From: a virus
Strand: one strand, 5' to 3'
IMG/VR virus record: IMGVR_UViG_3300025073_000042
Location: 1-64,000 of that record
DNA: 64,000 nucleotides
Below are positions 58,453-64,000 of this stretch, one piece after another. The notes under the pieces were generated by a model, which had not been told where the DNA came from, did not search any database, and was given only the letters and a program-made list of their open reading frames with translations. The stretch's first letter is position 1. Every line of letters starts with the position of its first letter. The translations under genes were made by a program, and so were the position numbers.

Positions 58453-58881
58453 ATGGCGAGCTTCAACGAGACGGACCCGACCCTTGGCCGGGGCATGGCC
58501 GACTCCCTGCGCGCCGGGGACTTCGCGCCGAGCCACTACGCGCGGATGCGCGTGATCGCCGTCACGGCGACGCCGACGCGGCTCAACGACCTCCTCGGAT
58601 TGGCGGAGGCGGGCGCCGATCCCGGCCCCTCGCGCGGCGTGACGAAGGTTCGCCTGTGGCCGCGCGGGGAGAAGTTCTGGTTGAAGCGGGACCCGGCGGA
58701 GACGTTGACGCACGGCGAGTTCGAGGCCGACGGCGAGTACCTGATCGTGGGCGAGGACGCGGACCTCGGGGCGACGGACGTGGCGGTGGCGGTGCTGATC
58801 CTGCCCGACAACCCGTGGCTGATGCTGGCGCAAGGCTACGGCTATGGGGCGGATTCGACGGTGCTGGTCGAGGAGCTGTGA
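58453..58881 (+). CDS. hypothetical protein
   Basis: ORF with RBS AGGTGG. Confidence 0.6.
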   Translation: MASFNETDPTLGRGMADSLRAGDFAPSHYARMRVIAVTATPTRLNDLLGLAEAGADPGPSRGVTKVRLWPRGEKFWLKRDPAETLTHGEFEADGEYLIVGEDADLGATDVAVAVLILPDNPWLMLAQGYGYGADSTVLVEEL

Positions 58882-58932
58882 GCCGCGCCGAACCCGATCC
58901 CAAGGCGGAGTAGCGCCGGGTGGAGCTTTGCG

Positions 58933-59358
58933 ATGACCTTCGACTCGACCGTGACTCTCGGCAACCTGCTGACGATTCTCACCCTCGCGCTGGGCCTCCT
59001 GGCGGCTATCATCAGTTCGCGGGTTGAGCAGGCCAAGGCCGGAGCCCGCATCGATGCGTTGGAGAAGGGCAAGGTCGCGACGGTTGACTGTCTTCGGAGC
59101 CACGGAGAGACCGTCACCACAGGCTTCTGCCGGCAACAGCACGAGCGGTCCAACTCCGTCATCGAGAGGCTATCTGAGGAGTTCGGTGGGCTGGGGTTGC
59201 AGGTCCGGGAGTTGGTGACGAACCAACACTGGGTGATGGACTCGCTGAAGCTGATGAACGCGCATGGGGTCAAGACCGCGAACCCGCGACCGGCGGAGTT
59301 ACCGCCGGACCCGCGCGACCGCCCGCAGGACGGGTGGGACCCGAAGGAGGCCGAGTAG
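58933..59358 (+). CDS. single-TM coiled-coil protein (holin/lysis accessory-like)
   Basis: TLGNLLTI TM then coiled coil; precedes endolysin. Confidence 0.55.
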   Translation: MTFDSTVTLGNLLTILTLALGLLAAIISSRVEQAKAGARIDALEKGKVATVDCLRSHGETVTTGFCRQQHERSNSVIERLSEEFGGLGLQVRELVTNQHWVMDSLKLMNAHGVKTANPRPAELPPDPRDRPQDGWDPKEAE

Positions 59359-59360
59359 CC

Positions 59361-60155
59361 ATGAGCGAGTGGAATGAGCTACATCCCGCCGACCAGCAGG
59401 TGTACACGTCGTTGGGCGTGACGCCAGGCGATATGACGCAGGTCGTTGGAACCGCCACTGCCTCGGCGGGCTATCACCTCGCTGAGGGCTACATCGACGG
59501 GCGGCCCTACACATCCTGTGCCGACCTCGCGGCGCACGACAGGTTTCTGACCCGCGCCTGGGCCTCGCGCGCCTATGCGGCGAAGCGCATCGCCTTCTTC
59601 CGCGACTACCAGGATCACATGAGCCAGCATATCCATGTGGTCTCCGTCGGCCTTCGCGACCAGTGGGGTCGGACGCGCATCCAGCCCGGTCCCCGAATGC
59701 AGATCATCGACTTCATCCGAGGGCTGAACGGGCTGGTCAACCATCGGGCAATCCGCCAACCGTTCACGCCGACCGTCGCCGAGTGCGCCGCCGTCTCCGC
59801 CGCCTACAACGTGTGGGCCCCGGGGGTGCGGACGAAGGTCTACGCCGAGGACGGGCGCTGGATTCCCTGCTACGCGTTCGGCGAGAACGGCACGACGCGC
59901 TGCGAGGTCCGCGCCCTCGTGGAGGGCATCGAGCCGGGGCGCTTCGCGGTCGGTTTCGAGGAGGGCCATGTAGTCGTGCGCGATACGCAGTCCGGCGACA
60001 CCCTCCCCCTCGTCAACGCCCGCCCGGTGCTGGAGGGCGGCTTCACGCGCGCCAACGTGCGGGGGATCGTGGAAGCACTACCCGGTTGGGGGATCAAGAG
60101 CTTCGAGTTGTTCGACGACGGGGAGTGGGCGAAGATCGTGGTAGCCCACGCCTGA
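59361..60155 (+). CDS. putative endolysin (M15-like Zn peptidase plus C-terminal binding domain)
   Basis: TQ..G...ASAGYH...D...HIH...QI.DF..GLNGL pattern of phage peptidase lysins. Confidence 0.65.
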   Translation: MSEWNELHPADQQVYTSLGVTPGDMTQVVGTATASAGYHLAEGYIDGRPYTSCADLAAHDRFLTRAWASRAYAAKRIAFFRDYQDHMSQHIHVVSVGLRDQWGRTRIQPGPRMQIIDFIRGLNGLVNHRAIRQPFTPTVAECAAVSAAYNVWAPGVRTKVYAEDGRWIPCYAFGENGTTRCEVRALVEGIEPGRFAVGFEEGHVVVRDTQSGDTLPLVNARPVLEGGFTRANVRGIVEALPGWGIKSFELFDDGEWAKIVVAHA

Positions 60156-60262
60156 CGCATCCCACGGCCCTCCGCCGCCGCGAGGGCCGCCTTACCCACA
60201 AACTCGCCGGAAGGCCGCCGGGGCGCGCGAGGGGCGGCCTACTGAACGGAGGAACGGAACCG

Positions 60263-60571
60263 ATGGATGCACTGCTCAAGGAGTTCGTCGCGAACGCCGC
60301 GCTCCAGGCGGCCGTGATCGGCGCGGTCGTCTGGGTCGTCATCGCCGGCCTGAAGAAGGGCGGCATCCTGCCGGCCGAAGGCGCCGATCTCACGAAGCGA
60401 ATCACGGCGGCGGTCGGCTGCGTCCTGCTGGGTGCCGCGCAGACCTGGCTGACGTGGCAGGCGTCGGGGCTCCCGCCGGACTGGGGCAAGCTCGTCGCGG
60501 CCGTGATCGTCGCCTGGTTCGCGGCGGCCGGCGCGCACACCGTCACCAAGAAGAAAGGAGCCACCCCATGA
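60263..60571 (+). CDS. holin
   Basis: three TM segments, basic C-terminus TKKKG, next to endolysin. Confidence 0.7.
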   Translation: MDALLKEFVANAALQAAVIGAVVWVVIAGLKKGGILPAEGADLTKRITAAVGCVLLGAAQTWLTWQASGLPPDWGKLVAAVIVAWFAAAGAHTVTKKKGATP

Positions 60572-60918
60572 AGCGAGTCCTGTTGCCGTTCGTGCTGTTC
60601 GCCCTGGCCGCGGCGGCCGTCGCCGACGGGGCGATTGAGGTGTCCGTCGTTCAGTCCACGTTCGTCGGTAGGCCATTCGTCGGGACGGTCGGGAGCATCC
60701 GGCTCTGTACGCTGGAGGCCCCGAACCCGTTCGGCGAGCTTGCCTGCTACGCGGACGGTGGCGTGCGTCTCAGCGAGACGACTGAGAACAGCATTGCGGG
60801 TTTCCTCGTCGGCGCATCGGTAGGCCAACGCGGGAGTGCACTAAGGTTCGGAGCGGGGTACATTTACCCAGACTCCAGCCTGACGGTATACACAAGGGCA
60901 GTTCTCATGCGGTGGTGA
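60568..60918 (+). CDS. exported beta-strand-rich protein
   Basis: signal peptide, amphipathic strands, C-terminal aromatic residue. Confidence 0.6.
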   Translation: MKRVLLPFVLFALAAAAVADGAIEVSVVQSTFVGRPFVGTVGSIRLCTLEAPNPFGELACYADGGVRLSETTENSIAGFLVGASVGQRGSALRFGAGYIYPDSSLTVYTRAVLMRW

Positions 60919-60921
60919 TTG

Positions 60922-60950
60922 TTGACTTCGCGGTCTCGACATGGTACTAT
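60922..60950 (+). promoter_or_regulatory. sigma70 promoter upstream of structured leader and HNH gene
   Basis: TTGACT-17 bp-TACTAT with TG extension. Confidence 0.7.
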
Positions 60951-61156
60951 GTAAAGGCCTGCGGAGGCTACCACAACTGACCTAAGATCACCTCGCCCGA
61001 CTTCGACCCGCCTCCGCAGGCACGGTCGGAGTCGGGCGTTGTGTTTCCGGCGAGGGTGGGGCGGGATCGAGACCTGCCAGTTCTGGCGTTGGCCCGCCAG
61101 ACCGCCTTAGGACATAGGGGAGGCTCACCCTCGGCCAGCCGGATGGGAGGAATTGG

Positions 61157-61834
61157 ATGACGGGACAATCTGGGGCAGGGATGGTAGCTTGCGCCTGCGG
61201 CTGCGGGAAGATGCGATCAGCATTCGATAAGAAGGGAAGACCACGCGCCTACATCAAAGGGCATGGACAGCAGGAGCATTACCCGCTGGCATCGGAGGAA
61301 CTCCCGGACTTACCAAACGAAGTCTGGAAATCCTGCCGTGACTTTCCGCGATATGAGGTTTCTTCGCTTGGCCGCGTTCGGCGCCGGCCCCCTGTCAGGT
61401 CTTCGCATGGTCCTGTCATCATGGACTCGCACCCAGACCCATGCGGATACCCTCTGGTGAATATCTACGCGGACGGCACCGCTGCAAACAAGAAGGTACA
61501 TCAGCTTGTCGCCGCTGCGTTCATCGGGAAGGTCCCCGAGGGATTGGAATGCCACCACCTCAACGGGGTAAAAACCGACAACCGCGCGCGGAACCTAGGG
61601 TACATATCCCACGCAGCCAACGTCGCTCACGCATTCCAGACCGGACTCGCCGACGGTGAGCATTGTCGCGGCAGTAAGCAACACCTGTCGAAGTTGACGG
61701 AAAGCGAAGTACTCCGTATCCGTGAACTGCTATCAAACGGAAAGCGCGTCTACGAGGTAGCCGAACTGTTCGGAGTGAATTGGAGTACCATCGACCGCAT
61801 TCTAAAGCGGGAGACGTGGGGATGGCTTGACTAG
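61157..61834 (+). CDS. NUMOD4-HNH homing-type endonuclease
   Basis: EVWK...YEVSSLGRVR, VHQLVA.AF, HHLNG.KTDNRA.NL, C-terminal HTH. Confidence 0.9.
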   Translation: MTGQSGAGMVACACGCGKMRSAFDKKGRPRAYIKGHGQQEHYPLASEELPDLPNEVWKSCRDFPRYEVSSLGRVRRRPPVRSSHGPVIMDSHPDPCGYPLVNIYADGTAANKKVHQLVAAAFIGKVPEGLECHHLNGVKTDNRARNLGYISHAANVAHAFQTGLADGEHCRGSKQHLSKLTESEVLRIRELLSNGKRVYEVAELFGVNWSTIDRILKRETWGWLD

Positions 61835-62014
61835 AGCAACCCGCCCGCGCAATGGCGCGGGCTGGAGGCCGGTGCGCAACGGCCTCCGCTTCTACCACGG
61901 GGCAGTGGGTGCCCGACCCTCAACGCGCGCCTCCGGGAGGCTTCCGGAGGCGCGCTGCGATTCTGGATTGGCGGTACGGGGACGGCAGGGGACTCTATAG
62001 CCGAAAAATACTTC

Positions 62015-62043
62015 TTGACAGAAGGCTTTATCTCCTGTATGAT
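62015..62043 (+). promoter_or_regulatory. strong sigma70 promoter
   Basis: TTGACA-17 bp-TATGAT with upstream A-tract. Confidence 0.85.
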
Positions 62044-62082
62044 ACCCTACAGTAGACCGAACAACAGACCAGGAGGCCCGAG

Positions 62083-62301
62083 ATGACCCGCAACGAACAG
62101 ACGACGCCGATCAAGTACCGGGCGACGATCAAGCAGGATGGCCGCGAATGCGTTGTCCTCCCGCGGAGCAAGAAGACCGGGCTCTTCCGCACCGTCCAGG
62201 CCGCATTCAATGCGCTGGAGAAGGCGGGCCGCAACCTGACGCACGACGCGCAGGGCTGGGTCAGGGGCACGGACGGAAGCTCCAACACTATTGCGCTGTG
62301 A
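62083..62301 (+). CDS. hypothetical protein
   Basis: RBS AGGAGG. Confidence 0.65.
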   Translation: MTRNEQTTPIKYRATIKQDGRECVVLPRSKKTGLFRTVQAAFNALEKAGRNLTHDAQGWVRGTDGSSNTIAL

Positions 62302-62388
62302 AGCCTCACCGGGGCGCCCGCCCCGTCTGCCGACTGAGAGGGCAGACCGGATGGACGAGCCGAACACACAGAGAGAGGAACCAATCCG

Positions 62389-62694
62389 ATGACCCAGACC
62401 ACCGAGCAGATCCTCCAGCAGGAAGAGACGGAGCGCCAGGAGTGGGAGGCGCAGACCGAGGCCTTCCGTCTGCACGACGGACAGTCCCTCACAGTGGCCG
62501 ACGCGCGCAAGCTCTTTGACGCCGTGGCCGACCCTCAGAACTGGAAGGCGCCCTGCGCCGCGTTCGTTCCCGCTCCCGCCGCGGAGGCCGTCTGCAAGGC
62601 CATTGAGTTCTACCACGGCGCGCGGGCGACGGTGGCCGGCATCCAGCCGCTCACCGGCAAGGTCCTCGTTGAGAGTACGGGATACGCCTGCTGA
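62389..62694 (+). CDS. hypothetical protein
   Basis: FDAVADPQNWKAP...AIEFYHG...GY. Confidence 0.65.
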   Translation: MTQTTEQILQQEETERQEWEAQTEAFRLHDGQSLTVADARKLFDAVADPQNWKAPCAAFVPAPAAEAVCKAIEFYHGARATVAGIQPLTGKVLVESTGYAC

Positions 62695-62742
62695 AGCTTC
62701 ACCGGGGCGCGCATGGTACACGCGCAGGAAGCGAGGCCCATC

Positions 62743-62949
62743 ATGCCGAAGCCTAAGACCCTGACCTACCCCGAAGCCGCCGAGGCCCTGGGCGTGACGC
62801 CTACCCGCGTGGGGCAGCTCGTGCGAGCCGGTCGCCTGCCGGGCGCGGGGTACGACGCTGAGACGGGCCGCCGCCTCGTGGAGCGGGCTGCGGTCCTCCG
62901 CCGCAAGCGCCGCCCGCCGAAGGCCGGCCGCCCGCCGAAACGCGCTTGA
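62743..62949 (+). CDS. excisionase-like helix-turn-helix protein
   Basis: LTYPEAAEALGVTPTRVGQLVRAGRLPG; C-terminal GRP. Confidence 0.8.
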   Translation: MPKPKTLTYPEAAEALGVTPTRVGQLVRAGRLPGAGYDAETGRRLVERAAVLRRKRRPPKAGRPPKRA

Positions 62950-62974
62950 CAGGCCGTCAATGCCATGCTATATA
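62946..62974 (+). promoter_or_regulatory. promoter containing palindrome TTGAC-N5-GTCAA
   Basis: TTGACA-17 bp-TATATA with TG extension. Confidence 0.6.
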
Positions 62975-63071
62975 GTACTCGCTGTACGGATTCCCTTGGC
63001 AGACCAAGAGCCTATGTAATAGGAGACGCGCCTCCAGTGCGGGGCGCGTCATTGTTTTTGATCCGGCCCGC

Positions 63072-63100
63072 TTGACAGGCCGTTGACGCCGTGCTATAGT
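63072..63100 (+). promoter_or_regulatory. sigma70 promoter
   Basis: TTGACA-17 bp-TATAGT with TG extension. Confidence 0.8.
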
Positions 63101-63134
63101 GACTGCCGACGGACCTGATAGAGAGGAGCGGAGA

Positions 63135-63770
63135 ATGCTGATTGACACTGGTGGGCTGTGGATCAACCCGCAGTACATCATAGCGGTTGAGGATGCGGGA
63201 GAAGCAGCGCGGCTTCTCGGCCTTCGCACTCGTTTCTGGACGAGCAAGCCGTTTGGCCCGCAGGATAGCTGTGGTGCGTTTGAGAGTGAGTTGGAGCCTC
63301 GGGAGTTCGTGGCGCGCATGGAACGACGAGGAAAGGAGCGATCCTGTGGAACATCCGAAGCCGGTCCCCCTGACCCTCGCCCCTCGAGTCCGTGGGCTTG
63401 GTTGTGCGAGTTCTGCTTCCGCGTGATCGCTGAGGGGCCGCTTCCCTCCAGTTGGGAACTGGTTTGGCAATCGGCGGTCTGTCCCGAGTGTCAGAAGCGC
63501 GTAGCAGAGCGGGGAGGGTACGCGGTAGTGCCCGGTGGCGCCTTCGCACAGGGGCCTGATCCGCGCGAGAACAACTACATGGCGCGGTTCCTCGATCTAC
63601 GGGCACAGGCGCCCGCCGAACCCCGCCTCACCCTCGCCCTCTCCCGCGACGGCGACTCCTGGTGCGCGCTTCTGGGGACGAATCTCCAGGAGGGCACGGC
63701 CGGGTTCGGCGCGACGCGGGGCGAGGCCCTGCGGGCGTTGGCGCAGGCGCTGGAGGGTGAGTCGGCATGA
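63135..63770 (+). CDS. hypothetical protein, C-terminal HicB-like segment
   Basis: DGDSWCAL.G.NLQEG.AGFGAT..EAL. Confidence 0.6.
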   Translation: MLIDTGGLWINPQYIIAVEDAGEAARLLGLRTRFWTSKPFGPQDSCGAFESELEPREFVARMERRGKERSCGTSEAGPPDPRPSSPWAWLCEFCFRVIAEGPLPSSWELVWQSAVCPECQKRVAERGGYAVVPGGAFAQGPDPRENNYMARFLDLRAQAPAEPRLTLALSRDGDSWCALLGTNLQEGTAGFGATRGEALRALAQALEGESA

Positions 63771-64000
63771 TCGTCGCCCACACCGCCTCGGCGAGCACCG
63801 TCCACCTCTACGGGTGCGACCGCCGCGAGCCGATCTACCATCCGCGCCTGCCGAACTTCGTGCGGCGATACGCGCTCCAGGTGCGCGGCGGCAACTACCA
63901 GGCTGCCGGCGGCGACCTGCTGATCGCACTGGCGTGGGCGCGGCGCATCGCGGAGGGCGAGGGGTTGAGCCTGACCGTGACGCGCCCGGTAGCAGACGAG

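Larger units (their letters stand above)
1..64000 (+). mobile_element. Tailed bacteriophage (siphovirus-like) genome segment; temperate versus lytic lifestyle not determinable here
   Basis: TerL, portal, protease, capsid, tail tube, chaperone, tape measure, endolysin and holin in canonical order; co-oriented overlapping small ORFs; no host housekeeping synteny. Confidence 0.95.

Noticed and set aside
62743-62949. Evidence of an integration module or att site
   Set aside because: Only an excisionase-like HTH; no integrase or repressor recognised in the window

Overview
A high-GC tailed dsDNA phage (siphovirus-like), probably most of one genome, with essentially all genes on the + strand. No integrase, flanking host genes, tRNA or CRISPR array was recognised. 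Gene order: early/accessory genes (RuvC-like resolvase, 3D-domain protein, beta-clamp homolog, ParB/PAPS-reductase/GNAT module), terminase, a ~0.8 kb non-coding control region, portal/MuF, a promoter-driven insert at 23.6-25.0 kb, protease-scaffold and capsid, head-tail and tail genes, a glycosylation/host-derived cassette interrupted by a solo tnpB element, lysis genes, an HNH gene, then early genes again. A captured prepilin H-X9-DG gene points to an Armatimonadota-like host (inference). The standout is at 23864-24958: a strong sigma70 promoter drives four tracts of GGY-NN pentamers, separated by conserved pyrimidine-rich linkers, directly upstream of a stand-alone 185-aa RAMP/Cas7-like protein with no other cas genes. 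This looks like a compact RNA-guided system whose information sits in the variable NN dinucleotides. Also notable: the tnpB element whose predicted guide matches its own upstream promoter region, an anticodon-less GluRS-like enzyme in the glycosyltransferase cluster, and several candidate structured RNAs. All protein calls come from motif recognition by eye; no searches were run.
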